A DNA stretch of 64,000 nt, taken from Eledone cirrhosa. Its lineage: Eukaryota. A program made the translations under genes and the position numbers. The notes under the pieces were generated by a model. It was not told the origin of the DNA, made no database searches, and was given only the letters and a program-made list of their open reading frames with translations. This document shows positions 27,300 to 43,648 of this stretch, piece by piece; the stretch's first letter is position 1, and each line of letters begins with the position of its first letter. The stretch lies in NCBI GenBank assembly GCA_964016885.1, contig OZ024742.1, positions 56,978,001 through 57,042,000 of the forward strand, in the 5' to 3' direction.

Positions 27300-29900
27300 T
27301 CCGGTGAACTTTCAGTCCAGGATCCATGTATAACTTCCAAAAATCCCTAACCTGTCTGAGATGTGTGCAGAGCCACGAAACTGTCCAGCACGCACTCGTC
27401 ACCTGTCCGAGCATTGTTGACGTGTGGGTTTATGTCGAACACCTGCTGTTACATGTGGAACAGATCCCGGTATCAGCTGAGTCTATCATGAAGATTGCCT
27501 TGCCGCCTTCCTTTACCTCGGAAAGGCGGGCAGTGTTTATCTGTATGGCGTCTAGCTGAAAGAGGTCGTGTAGTGGACACGTCAGAAAGATAAGCATTTT
27601 CCTCTTCGGCGAAGCCCTGGTTAACATGTTCAAGTTTCACAAACATGGAGTGGGAACCACCCGACCTCCGGAAAGTAGTAAACTTTTTCTCTTTTGATCA
27701 ACCAGCTAATATGGCTATCTTAAGGTAGGTTTCATAAATGTTCGTGGCCTGGAGTCATCCTGGAAGCAGAGTTACTTGCTTCACCACCCCAGGTCACTAG
27801 ATATGGCTGGGACTGTCGTACCCATGATCAGGATTTTCGACACACGCAGATTAGCCCCCATTTTTGACGACTATCCGATCTTCGCATCTTTTAGTCGACC
27901 GGCAATGGGAGGTGGGGTAACAATGCTATTTAGGAAAGGCCTAGATCTCGAGGTAAGGACCTGATCAAGCACCTGATTAGCCAGTTCCAACTGTTTAACA
28001 TGTACCGACTAGATATCCCCTATGCGCCAGTGTGGACATGGAAAATTCGCATAGGGTCATCTAGACTGTATATAGATAGGTTTTTCATTAGGTCAGCAGA
28101 TAAAGATAGTATAGATTGTCCACATTTCCGAACGGTCGCCTATTCAGATCACAATTTTTTTATTTGTATGTTCGACCTAGATAGAATATGTAGGTTAGGA
28201 CCTGGTTGCTGGAAGCTTAACACATCATTCTCAGTGCCTAAACCCTGTAGAGAGAGGGCCGCCACTTTAGTTAAGTCTACGTTGACAGGGGAGTCGTCAA
28301 CAACAGGTGTTGGGGTGCTCTCAAGAGAATGTTTAGAGTAGTTTCAGTAGGTTTTAGTAAAGAAGTAGCAAAGGAGAAAATAGAAAGGAGGGGGAGCTAT
28401 TAGATAAATTATATTTGGCGATTAACAGTGGCATTGCAACTGACATGCTAGCAGCGAGAATAAGATTAGACCATTTCTTCAATGCGAAATACGAATGTTG
28501 CATTGTCAGAGATAAAGCGCATTCTCTAAGAAACGAGGCGAACGAAAGCTGTTCGATGGCTCCGAGTGGCAGAAGCCCAGCGAGATAACAAAACCACGAT
28601 TCAGTATTTAACGGACCGAAACGAACGCTTGCTGAATGATTCCAGGCAGATGTGTGCGGCCTTCCAACTGTTCAGGGGGAGTGGGTGTCGGAGGTGGTAG
28701 CGAATTTCAGTTTTACGTAGAAATGCCAGACGTTTTCTTCGATCTCCTCGAAGCGGTCTACTGCAACTGGAAGCAGAACAAGAGTACTCTCAGTTCTGTA
28801 AGTCGGGGCGTAGTTTCGCTGATGAGGAAAGACGAGAACAAGAGGGATAGCTTACACACATACCTCTACTAAACACAGAATTTAAGATTTTTGCCAAGGT
28901 GTTAGTGAAGACGTTGGCCTTTGTCGACGAGTATCAGGCTGGTGAGGAGCAAACTTTCATAATCCTGACCAGGTCCATAAATGACAATGTCCACCTCATG
29001 ATATACATCATAGAGAGGGTAAAGAGTAAACCTGGCTTCGGTAGGGACTGGTCAATTTAGATCAATCGAAATCTTTCGATAGGGTAAACCATCGATACCT
29101 GGATGCTGTCCTCAAAGCAGATGGCTTCAATCCGGTCTTCAGAGGCTGGATCACCGCAATGCACAGCGGCACCTTATGGAACCGTTTCAGATCATAAATT
29201 TGTCCATCCACGCAATTGGTCCATCAAGTGTGCCCTCTCTCCTCCCTTCTGTATATAATGACTCTCGAGCATTTACTGCGAAGCTGGAGATGTTGCAGAG
29301 CATCCCGCTCAAACCGGGACGTGGAAGGGATGTGTCGGTACATGCAGCCGACATCGCCGAGACAATGTCGAACACCTCCGAAATCAATATGGTCGACTAC
29401 GTAGAAGAATATGAAGGTTGACTGGACCAAAACTGAACCCGGTAAAGTTGGTGGGTTTACAGCTCGGCGCCTGGAGAGTACAATCCATCCCGTTCAACAG
29501 TGACGTCGGACGCTGGACGGATGGACCGGTGAAGTTGCGCGGATTCTGATTCAAACCGGACCTTCAGGTGGATATGAACTGGGACTAGGTATGAGCAGGG
29601 TAGCCACATTCACCCAGAAATGGGCCGAGAGAATGCTATCTCTAAAAAATCGGGCGGAGGTGGCGAACGCGCACATCATGTCCCTCATCTATTACCACCT
29701 GACTATCGTGCCTTGATACCAAATTGGAACGGATGTTCTTCAACTTCTTGTGGAAGGGATAGCTTCCATTGGTGAGCCAATGCGTCCATCTGCTGCCAGC
29801 ACCCTCAACGCAGAGGGCCGGACATGCCGTGGTTGATGATGCGCAAACATGCGCTGATGCTACGACATCTTCGGATATATTGTGGTTGTGGTGGTGAGAG
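27300..29900 (+). mobile_element. Heavily decayed L1/Tx1-clade LINE (APE endonuclease plus RT remnants)
   Basis: MAIFKVGFINVRGL at ~27711; YIDRFFI..YSDH..GCWKLNTS (28000..28341); LLNTEFKIFAK and LDQSKSFDRVNH (RT). A CLRC..ETVQHALVTC zinc knuckle lies at ~27350. Confidence 0.8.
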
Positions 29901-30984
29901 GTGTGGTAGCATAGTAGTAGTAGTAGTAGTAGTAGTAGTACAATTAAGTTACTGTGGTCACATCTTTCCATTGTGTTCAGTTCAATTTCTATCTCACTGA
30001 ACTGGCTTGGCCTGTTACCCTCCAGGTTCCTATAGTCACAGAATATACCAACGGGAATAATCAATAATGTCGTTTTGTAAAAAATAATCAATAAATCGAT
30101 ATTGTAATTCTGATATAAGAAATCATATGTTATTGTAAATATCTTATGCTAATCGAAGAAATCGTTATTCTTATCAAATGTAATGAAAATCGATACAGAT
30201 TGACAGAAAGAATTTATTGTTGTTTATCAACTTCATAATTATTATTATGGCGGTGTCGTAATGTGAAGATGAATTCTCTTCCCATAAAATCTGTCACTAA
30301 TTTTTCGATTTTAAGTTAAATCTTTCCTTAATGTTTTTCTTAAATGCTGTAGCATTTGTCTGATAAATATCTCAAATTCCTACTTTGTGTTCCTTAGACA
30401 TCTAAAACTTCATATAATCTATATAGAAATTTATTGTTATTTTCTTGTTCAATTCAACTTATTATTCGCATTCATCATATGTAGCATTATCATTTGAAAA
30501 GTTACGGCAAGAGATGTTGGAGCATGTCTGTTTCAGATCACTATAGGCAAAACGAATATAAAACAATCATTGAACAATGTATTTATATATGTAATATAAT
30601 ACGTGGTGTATTTTGTTCATGAGTTATTATCTAGACAATGTTCAACAAATTGTGTGGGTAGTGTTAGTAAGATCAAACTTTTGTTTTCATTGAATGTTGA
30701 AATTGCCAGGTATTGTTTTAACGTATTGGTATTCAAACAATTTCCTTGTCTTTTGTAAGTTATAGATTCTACTAAATTTCCTTTTAACAATTCCTGTAGT
30801 ATCATCTTACCTTCTTTACAATTCCGAGCGTGTTTATTATATTCGTTTATTTGAATATGATTATACGTACATAATAGAAACTGAACATCTCATGTCCATG
30901 AATTTTTATTTATTTTGTTCTCAGTGTAATGAAATCTTCAATACTTCACTTATATTATTTAGTTCTGAAACACGAAAATTATTA

Positions 30985-31125
30985 AGTACTGAGTTCAAAT
31001 CCCACTGAGACAAAATTCGTCTTTCATTCTTCAATAAAGTAAATAAATTACCAATGAAAAAAATTGAGTCGATTTCATGGACCTACTACCCACCCCCAAA
31101 AAACATGTGTGGCTTTGTGCTTATG
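30985..31125 (+). mobile_element. Old diverged SINE fragment (same superfamily as 11280)
   Basis: ctgagttcaaatccc..ctttcattcttc..tggctttgtgcttatgtttgaa. Confidence 0.55.
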
Positions 31126-31650
31126 TTTGAATTTTATGACAATGGGTCGTCAAAATCAATACAGTACTGGGCAAAATACCTTGTCGTGTTTAGACGTTGT
31201 CCTAAGAATTTGTTTACTAGAAGTACATTTCTACATATAATTGACATAGGAATAGTCATTTGTATATTTAATCAAGACTGGCAGAATGGCATAAAATAGT
31301 TGAGCTGAGCTACATCATTTCTGTTTTCTCTGTTTACCGTTTTATTTCACAAACATTTGTTTCTTATGTGTGAGTATTTTCTACTATTTTCCACAAATCT
31401 GCCTTTTAAGTTCAAATTTTCTTTTCATCCTTTTCGCAGTTCTCTCTTCTTCTAAGTGTTACTTCCTAGTAGTTCCGCCGAAGCAAGAATTAGTTGGTTG
31501 AAAGTACACCTGTGTTTTCTTACAACGACTATATGATCACCTAAGTCATCTAGCAAAAGCATAGTACTGCACATACTACGAAGTCATACTCGATTGTGAG
31601 TGACGGTCGTAGTATTTTACACTATCAAAACCTGACCTAGATTGTATTAA

Positions 31651-31680
31651 TCTCTATATATAAAACTGAGGATGTCTGTC

Positions 31681-31738
<58 letters not shown>

Positions 31739-32345
31739 TGTGTGTGTGTGTGTGTGTGTGAGTTTGAATCCCTAAAACTCGAGAAATACCCAACCGAATT
31801 TTTTCAAACTTTACATGTGTATTACTTATGTTTCAGGGAGTGTTATGCACATAAAAATTCAAATTTTTTATCCCTTAGGGCCCGCATTAGGTAAAACAAC
31901 TGCGTTTTTTTTCAGCTATTTAGGGTTTTTTTGAGGCGTTACGTCAGACCGATTTCCTTGAAATTGTAACTATGAGTCTTCATACCGTGAGCAAAGAAAA
32001 TCCAACTTTATATGGCCCAGGGCCCGCATTAGGTGAAAAGCTTCATTTTTTCAGCTTTTTAGGGCTTTTTTGAGGCGTTACGTCTAGCCAATTTTCCCGA
32101 AATTTCAAGGCATATTATGCACATAAAAAAAATTCATTTTCTTGATCCTCTAGGACCCGCATTAGGTGAAAACCTGCATTTTTCCTGCTTCATCGAGGAA
32201 CATCTTAAAGATTATCCAGCCATCAAAATATTCGGTTTATTTTCTTTACATATTGTCCAGGCATGCAGTTTTTCCACGATTAGGTCTGTTGGCGGCCCGC
32301 GTTCCAAAATACCTTATCCCGTGCAACGCCGGGTACCACTGCTAG
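31651..32345 (+). mobile_element. Non-autonomous Helitron
   Basis: A|TCTCTATATATAAAA 5' end; 3' hairpin CCCG-tgcaacgc-CGGG then CTAG|T. Internal (GT)n and three ~135-140-bp subrepeats containing gg(g/a)cccgcattaggt. Confidence 0.85.
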
Positions 32346-34593
32346 TATTTAATATTTTGAAAAGTGTTAAGCTATTTATGAAACACTTGCCTTATACGAA
32401 GCTACCGAATACCCTTGGCTTCTCTGATGATAAAAATGAAAGATAAGTGGTACTCTGTCCAATACCCGTTATACAGTGTTATTCTATCAGAAGTAATGTT
32501 ATCAAATAATCCTGATGCAATTCTTAAATAAGCACAAGAAAATACCTATAATTTATTTGAACTCACGATGTAAGCGCTAACGCTTTACGACGTTACCCGA
32601 TAGACCATTTTGCTTAACGTCCACATTAATAGTAGCTCTTTTAATTTAAAAATCAAAGTATTTTTGTGATCTTCATTGGTAAAATTGTTCTCGTTAATTT
32701 ATTGCCTTTCTAGAGAATCACGTATCACTCGGCAAAAAGAAAACAAAAAAATATAAATTCAATACGACATAGGATTTAGAGTTATTAAGTAATTGAAATA
32801 TTGAATATATAGAAATAGTGAGAAGCTATGTCAATGGAGGATATATATATGTGTGTATGTGTGTGTGTGTGTGTGTATGTGTGTGTGTGTGTGTGTGTGT
32901 GCGTGTGGGGGGGGGTAAAGAGAGAGGAGTAGACTTAGATAGATAGATAGATAGATAGATGGAAGAGTAATCATGAATAGAGAAAGGTAGACAGTGATAG
33001 AGATATGTAATGGAGGCGTCTTCATGAATAGAAAATTGATTAATATAATATTTGATTGACTGAGTACTAAAACAGGTACGATATCAACGCACATTTATTA
33101 AATTAACATATAAATCAACAAACTAGAGTTATCAATGGAAATTACATTTAAACGTTACCATGTATCTCATCTTCCTCTCTATCAGTTGGCATCAATGTCT
33201 TTCTGCTCTCAACTGAATATATTAGACGCTGAAGATTAAAATCATTCTTGTTTTATCTTCTGAAATATTCACTGGTGCTGCTACTTTCGTTCTTGTTACT
33301 ATTTTTGTTGACGAAGTTGAAGAGAAAATTGAGAATTAGTGAAAATAAAAATAAAACTATATGAATATAATACATTGGGAAACTACGATTCCTTCAAAGA
33401 TCAATATTCTGATTGCTATGAAAAGATGAGTTAATTTTCAATAAAAATCAGTCCGACGATCTCATATTCGTTGTATGTGTACTTTTCGAAAGAATATCCA
33501 TGAATTAACCTAAAATATATACTAAGGAATGTCGAAGAAACGGGTGAGATATAAATAGAAAAATTAATGAGTGTTTAGTTTGAGGAGTAAAATATTTATT
33601 TAAAAAAAACGAAATAGACTGTAAATGCAAGTAAACAAAGTACATTCTTGTAAAGAGATAGAGCTCACCTTCCATTGGAAAATAATGACGGATAAATTAA
33701 TAGAAGATTGAACAAGAAATAATTAAAGTACATTTTATGATTTAGGTAAAAAAATAATACCTTTTTTTTTTTTTCATTGTAAAGTATCGTTTTGGTAATC
33801 CATTATCGCAACAATGATATTGATTTCAGTTGTTGAGTCAGTGAATCAAAAGGCCAGATTTTGCAGGTTAGTGGGTATACTGAATTCCATTTTGATAGGG
33901 TAATTACGTTGTTGCTCCTGTAGGTCCAATCTCAAAGCTGGTTGGTGTGTTGAATTTAATTTGGAAATAAAGAGTGTTACTAAATGAAGGACTACGCATA
34001 TACATACACACTTATATATATATATAGGACGTAATGATTGTGAAGCGAAGAGCCTAACAATTTGATCATTTTGTATCCACACCATTTACATGTAAAGTGG
34101 TTTAGTGATGCTATCATCGTGTCTTGGAAAATTTCTCATCCAGTCAGCAGAATTTCTGCTTTGATTCCACGACGTTGCACTTTGATCATTTATCGTCTAC
34201 CCTGTTCTCAGGTGAGCCCTGCGTTGTCAGCAAAAATGTGATAGATGTAAGTTGAGAGCATGGAAGATGGTAGCATCTTACTGTAGAGGGGAAACTTAAT
34301 CCTCGCCATCACCTGATATTTAGATTTCTTTATTATTGTTAACTCTGTAGGGACCAGCCTCCTGTTATGGGAATAACTTCTACCTTTTCCTATTTTACGT
34401 GGATTGTAATGAACAAAACCAGTCTCAGCTAACGAAGTGATTAGCATTACTCCATGACACTCGAACTATATATATATATAAGTTTCTCCCCATATATATA
34501 TATAATTTTATATATATACATGTATATATAAATACACATATATATATATATATATTTAGATATATATGGATGATGGTTAATGGATGTATATTG

Positions 34594-34650
<57 letters not shown>

Positions 34651-34676
34651 CATATATATATATGTGTATATATATA

Positions 34677-34722
<46 letters not shown>

Positions 34723-34750
34723 ATGTGTGTATATATAATATATATATGTA

Positions 34751-34814
<64 letters not shown>

Positions 34815-34863
34815 TACATATATAGATATATATATTATATATATACATATATATGTATATATG

Positions 34864-34897
<34 letters not shown>

Positions 34898-34899
34898 TA

Positions 34900-35595
<696 letters not shown>

Positions 35596-36189
35596 TATTT
35601 TCATTAGATGATTGATGGGTTTGTAATTATCGTAGTAGTTATTTGTTCTTCTATTTTATTATTGTGTTTTGTTTAATTTACTGTTAGATTTTACTATTCT
35701 ACGACGTTGTTTGAATTGAGAAACTAAAAATGATTCATAAATATTTTTTAACAATTTTCAATAGATAAATAAATACGATGTAAGATATTAATATTGATAT
35801 TGCAGATAAAATCTGTTGAAACCGTTACACGTCACTTCAGAAAGTGTGATGAAAATAAAAATACTATGTGATGCGTTGGCGTAGCTCATAAAATGATTAA
35901 TTTAAAAACACTTTTGAAAATACATGAATGTTGTTGCATTAGCAGCAGTACCTGGCATTGCCTGATTGGAGAATATGTCGAAAACCTGTTGCTGTTGTTG
36001 GCATGACTTTAATATCGTGTTGATGACGTTCTTTACATACGCACTGCACTGATTGACAGACGTATGCTGGTATACTGGTACGCAATTACTAATATATATA
36101 TATATATATCGACAGTCGATCGACTTTCGTCAAATCGGACCGAGGAAACAATGTTTCCATTGGTCTTTCCAATTGCTAATACTATCTAT

Positions 36190-36330
36190 CGGTCGCAACT
36201 CCAGGTAGAAATAGCAACGTAAAATAAAGTGTCTTGCTCAAGGACATAACGCATCGCCCGGTTCGGGAATCGAACTCACAACCTCACGATTGTCAATCTA
36301 GTTCTCTAATCACTCAGCCACGCGCCTCCA
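36190..36330 (-). mobile_element. CORE-type tRNA-derived SINE (second family)
   Basis: Minus strand: GGAGGCGCGTGGCTGAGTGATTAG (A box), GAGTTCGATTCC (B box), then GTCCTTGAGCAAGACACTTT (CORE-like domain). Confidence 0.75.
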
Positions 36331-36362
36331 TTATATATATATATATATATATATATAATTGA

Positions 36363-39132
<2,770 letters not shown>

Positions 39133-39264
39133 GTAAAAGTTCTATTTAAATTGTTGGGATACAACAAGCAAATATTTTTATAACTGATATAAAGCACTCA
39201 ACAAATAATTGGAGTAAAAATACGATATTAAAAAATGGAAACTATATTTATAAAACCATATTTA

Positions 39265-39325
39265 TTTCATTATACATATTTCAAGGACACCAAGTTAAAT
39301 TATGGTGTGCTTTCATCAGATAAAA
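39265..39325 (-). ncRNA. Candidate minimal type I hammerhead ribozyme (inverted twin of 40397-40457)
   Basis: Reverse complement of 40397-40457, within inverted arms ~39233-39394 / ~40328-40489. Confidence 0.72.
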
Positions 39326-39723
39326 TATAATATAGACCAGTTGTATAAATAAATATTGACATACCCTTAAAGAATGCAACCATTACTGTTGGAAGCTCGC
39401 TTTAATATCTCAACTATTGGAACATTTATATAACTAATTAACGTAATTTCCTTCACGCTGCTTTGATATTACATAGAAATGATTTTCTCTGTTTTTTCTA
39501 AGATTTTCTATGAAAAATCTATAAGTTTATGAAAATTCCTATATCTTAAATTAAAAAATCCTTTATACTTTGTATGTATATATTAGGTACGTAGATATAT
39601 ATGTATATGTATTTGTATGTATATATATTTATATGTATATATATCTGTGTGTGCGTGTGTATATATATGAATATATTCTTTTAATAATATATAGATTTTT
39701 TAATAATATATAGTCTTAATAAT

Positions 39724-39903
39724 TGTCTATACTTTATTAAGGCCAGCAATTACCCAGTGCATTAGTGGTACTTTATTTTATGGACCCCGTAAGGATGAAA
39801 GGCAAAGTCAACCTTGGCGGGATTTGAACTCAGATCGTAAAGGGACGTAACTATGCTGGAAAGCATGGCGTCCGACCCTCTACTGATACTGCCAATCTAC
39901 CGC
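39724..39903 (-). mobile_element. Young tRNA-derived SINE
   Basis: Same subfamily as 11280 and 50084 (tttccagcatagttacgtccctttacgatctgag on the minus strand). Confidence 0.9.
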
Positions 39904-40195
39904 AATAATAATATATAGATTTCTTAATATATAGATCTAAATTTTTAATGTATAGATCTCAATAATTTAAATGATAAACTAAACATTTAATCATATTTAA
40001 ACAATGGTTAAAATTCTCATATTATATATATATATCTCCCATTCACGCTTACATTTCTCTATTCATCCATAAAAAATAAATATTTATTTATTCCTTCACT
40101 TCATCTCCAATGTTAAGAAAACTCAACAACCTATCACTTAGAGCTTTCGCTCTCTCTTCTCTTTCTCTTCTCTCTGTCTCTTTTCTCTCTATTGT

Positions 40196-40244
<49 letters not shown>

Positions 40245-40396
40245 CTTAACCCAACGGCTTATTTAAAAATATTCAATACTAATTTACATAATAGTATAAA
40301 TAAAGTTATAACCCCACTATCCGGGAGTTCCAACAGTAATGGTTGCATTATTTAAGGATATGTCAATATTTATTTATAAAACTGCTCTATATTATA

Positions 40397-40457
40397 TTTT
40401 ATCTGATGAAAGCACACCATAATTTAACTTGGTGTCCTTGAAATATGTATAATGAAA
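40397..40457 (+). ncRNA. Candidate minimal type I hammerhead ribozyme
   Basis: TTTTAT-CTGATGA-AAGcACACCA-taatttaact-TGGTGTcCTT-GAAA-TATGT-ATA-ATGAAA: stems I, II and III with an intact core; predicted AUA cleavage after 40451. Confidence 0.75.
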
Positions 40458-40499
40458 TAAATATAGTTTTATAGATATAGTTTCCATTTGCTAATATCG

Positions 40500-40600
<101 letters not shown>

Positions 40601-40609
40601 TATATATAT

Positions 40610-40714
40610 AAATGGTTTCTACAGGACTAGAACTGTTTCATTTGGGAGAAATCATCACGGGCTTCCTGATGATTTGTCCCGAATGAAACAGTTCTAGTCC
40701 TGTACAAACCATTT
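40610..40714. repeat. ~105-bp fold-back with a partial hammerhead core
   Basis: Arms aatggttt.tacaggactagaactgtttcatt.ggga.aaatcatca and its reverse complement around cgggcttcc. The right arm reads CTGATGA..GAAAC-agttcta-GTC, but stem I does not pair. Confidence 0.8.
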
Positions 40715-40788
40715 CTATATTATTTATTAAATATTTATACTCTGCTATGTATTGAGTACCTTACTTACTGTGGATACCCCCGATTGAA

Positions 40789-40842
<54 letters not shown>

Positions 40843-40872
40843 ATCAAAAGATGGTTAAAGGAGTTCCATGTA

Positions 40873-40939
40873 TTTTATTATGCGCATTTCAAAAACAAAC
40901 ATCATCATGCAATAATATTTGTGTTTTCATCAGATAAAA
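40873..40939 (-). ncRNA. Candidate hammerhead ribozyme (mirror of 41048-41114)
   Basis: Reverse-complement arm of the perfect palindrome. Confidence 0.72.
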
Positions 40940-41047
40940 CAGGAGAACATGATATGAAGGCTAAAAAACACTTGTGGATAGTGCAGTTTTAAATCAACAT
41001 ATGCACTATCCACAAGTGTTTTTTAGCCTTCATATCATGTTCTCCTG

Positions 41048-41114
41048 TTTTATCTGATGAAAACACAAATATTATTGCATGATGATGTTTGTTTTTGAAA
41101 TGCGCATAATAAAA
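41048..41114 (+). ncRNA. Candidate minimal type I hammerhead ribozyme
   Basis: TTTTAT-CTGATGA-(AU/GU-rich stem II aaacacaaatattat..tgatgtttgttttt)-GAAA-TGCGC-ATA-ATAAAA. 6-bp stem I, palindromic stem III ATGCGCAT, predicted cleavage after 41108. Confidence 0.75.
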
Positions 41115-41239
41115 TACATGGAACTCCTTTAACCATCTTTTGATCTTATATATTATGTATACTCCAGTCCTACAAACTGTAGAGTGCTTCTTATCCGATA
41201 TCTGCATTGCTTTATTGTACTACAATAAAACTCACCTCC

Positions 41240-41277
<38 letters not shown>

Positions 41278-41308
41278 ATATATTTATATATATATTTATA
41301 TATATATT

Positions 41309-41340
<32 letters not shown>

Positions 41341-41389
41341 AAATAAAGTTAAATAAAAGTCAAATGATTAAAATTTAGCTTCGTTTATT

Positions 41390-41444
41390 ACTGCTATATA
41401 TATTTCAGTGACAGCCATCTTTGGCTGTGACCTCTTCAGGCAGT
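41390..41444 (-). ncRNA. Candidate minimal type I hammerhead ribozyme
   Basis: Minus strand: ACTGC-CTGAAGA-g-GTCACAGCCA-aaga-TGGCTGTCAC-t-GAAA-TATAT-ATA-GCAGT. Perfect 5-bp stem I, long stem II with one mismatch, palindromic stem III. Lies in a (TA)n-flanked insert 41341-41715 that has an internal inverted repeat (41341-41373 / ~41585-41617). Confidence 0.82.
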
Positions 41445-42483
41445 TTGAATTAGTGTGGTATAGACAAGTACATATGTTGTTTAGGTGTATAATATTGTCA
41501 ATACTCTGATATGCCCAGTTCCTTGTTGGGTTGTTAATTCACTGAGGAACTGGTGTCATATGACTCCAGTTTAATCATTTGACTTTTAATCATTTGACTT
41601 TTATTTAACTTTATTTTACACTACTCCGGAGTAACCAAACCAACCTGCGCACTTCGTCGAGTGCTCCAGTCTGCATACTGAGGTGTTGGTATACAACCAA
41701 CATAAACTCAAAATCTATATATATATATATTTATATATATATATATATATTCAATTGGAGAAAGCTGGTTGATTGAAAATCTGCCGACTTTTACAAAGCA
41801 GATGTCAAGCACTAAACGGTTTATGGTTATCCGGAATTTTATTATGATGATAAACAAGTAAGACGGTTACGTTAGTCCATCCCTATTATACGTATTTCGA
41901 AGACGTATGGCTTATGTATAAATAAACGCTCGGAAATTTTTAGTTCTTGTCTACACAAAATCAACAAAAATTTTCGTAGGGCATTTAGTTAAAACGTAAA
42001 TAAAGTTAAATAGACTATGAAATAAATAATTCAAAATTCTTTTATATTTAGTTATATTATAATTTCAGCATCTATGGATAGATATCTAAAATTTGAAATA
42101 GTATCTAAGTGAATGATCTGTAGCATAAAAGAAAAAATAGACTAACAGTCCATACATGCTTCCCTTTGAACTAATTGACCGATCCGGTAACCTGATAGCC
42201 TAGCCAGTTCAAAAACAGCAACACCAGCTGTAAAGTATATCTCCCACTCATACATGATCTACTGCATGAAGTTTTTTCCAGGCATATGCTGGCCAGTTGC
42301 CGAAGTGAATAAGTCGTGTGTCCGGTTGTATATCAACGGATATTTACATCTCCTGTGGATTTTATCTGAAGAGAACACCTTGGCATATGTTATACATAAA
42401 CCATACACCTTCGAAATACGTATAATAAAATAGAATAAATAGGGAAGTACTAACGTAACTGTTTTACTTGTCTATTATTATAT

Positions 42484-42655
42484 GGTGGTTTGACAGTATC
42501 GGTAGAGCGTCAGACACCATGTTTTGCAGCATAGTTATGGCCCTTTGCGTTCTTAGTTCAAATCCGCCGAGGTTAACTTTGCCTTACGAGGTCGATAACA
42601 TAAAGTACCAGTGGTGAACTGGGGTAATAGTTGGCCTTGTGCCAAAAGTAGAAAC
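42484..42655 (+). mobile_element. tRNA-derived SINE, moderately diverged
   Basis: cagtatcggtagag..gttcaaatccgccgaggttaactttgcc..ggccttgtgccaaaagtagaaac. Confidence 0.85.
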
Positions 42656-42789
42656 TCTATTATATATATATATATATATATTTAATCGTTTGTTTAGAAA
42701 ACGACGAGCGGAATTCGAAAATTGAATTAGATTTCGTTATTATTAGACTACTTTATAAAGTTATGACGAAATCTTCCAATTCAACTTTC

Positions 42790-42820
<31 letters not shown>

Positions 42821-43360
42821 CCTTGATATATATACCTTGATATGTATACCTTGATATGTATATATATATATGCATATAAACAATATACTATTGGAGTTTT
42901 ATTTTGGCGCGAATTCCATTGTTTGAATTCAACCACCATATCACGTGTTTTTGTCTATTATAGAGAGCCTCTATTTTCATTAGAGATCAAGTGTAAGGTT
43001 AGCATGAACTACTAGATTCATTATTGAAGCGGTAAGCGCTACCACGCATAGCAAATAAACCGTATAAAATTATTGACATAAACTACCTGCTGAAGACGTT
43101 TAATTTTACTGATTAAAAACGAATGTAACTATCTACTGATAATACTGATAATTTTCTGAACACTGTAGATTTAATATCTGCAACTGTGGAATATGTTACA
43201 CAGAAACGAATTCGTCCAGGAAGGAGGTACATAACGTATCTTTACCAAAACAGAGCCGCCGTACTTGCTATTAACTAAACTTTTAGCACTCTGAGCTGCT
43301 GGTTCAAGTGGCATTACTGCAGAACTGGCATATCTAAGAACTGACTAACTGCCTAGCAGT

Positions 43361-43535
43361 AAATAAAGGATTATGCGTTCATGCAATTGACTTATGTTTC
43401 GTCACTATATATATATATATATATATAGTGACGAAACATAAGTCAATTGCATGAACGCATAATCCTTTATTTCTTTATTTCTTTATATATGTATATGTAT
43501 ATATGTATATATACAACATTTACGTATATATATAT

Positions 43536-43602
<67 letters not shown>

Positions 43603-43648
43603 GTAAATGTTGTATATATACATATATACATATACATATATAAAGAAA
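43361..43648. repeat. Two adjacent palindromes, each centred on a (TA)n run
   Basis: 43361-43472 (aaataaaggattatgcgttcatgcaattgacttatgtttcgtcac-(ta)n-reverse complement) and ~43478-43648 (tttctttata..caacatttacg-(ta)n-cgtaaatgttg..tataaagaaa). Confidence 0.92.

Larger units (their letters stand above)
40834..41153. repeat. Perfect ~150-bp-arm palindrome with 16-nt loop, starting in (TA)n
   Basis: 40834-40985 is the reverse complement of 41002-41153 with no mismatch seen; loop gttttaaatcaacata. Confidence 0.95.

Noticed and set aside
30811-33330. Possible minus-strand exons (acceptor at ~30965, donors at ~30810 and ~33159)
   Set aside because: Splice-like signals are present, but frames contain stops and show no recognisable protein; needs RNA-seq.
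43088-43130. CTGAAGA..hairpin..GAAT hammerhead-like stretch
   Set aside because: Lacks GAAA, stem III and stem I pairing.
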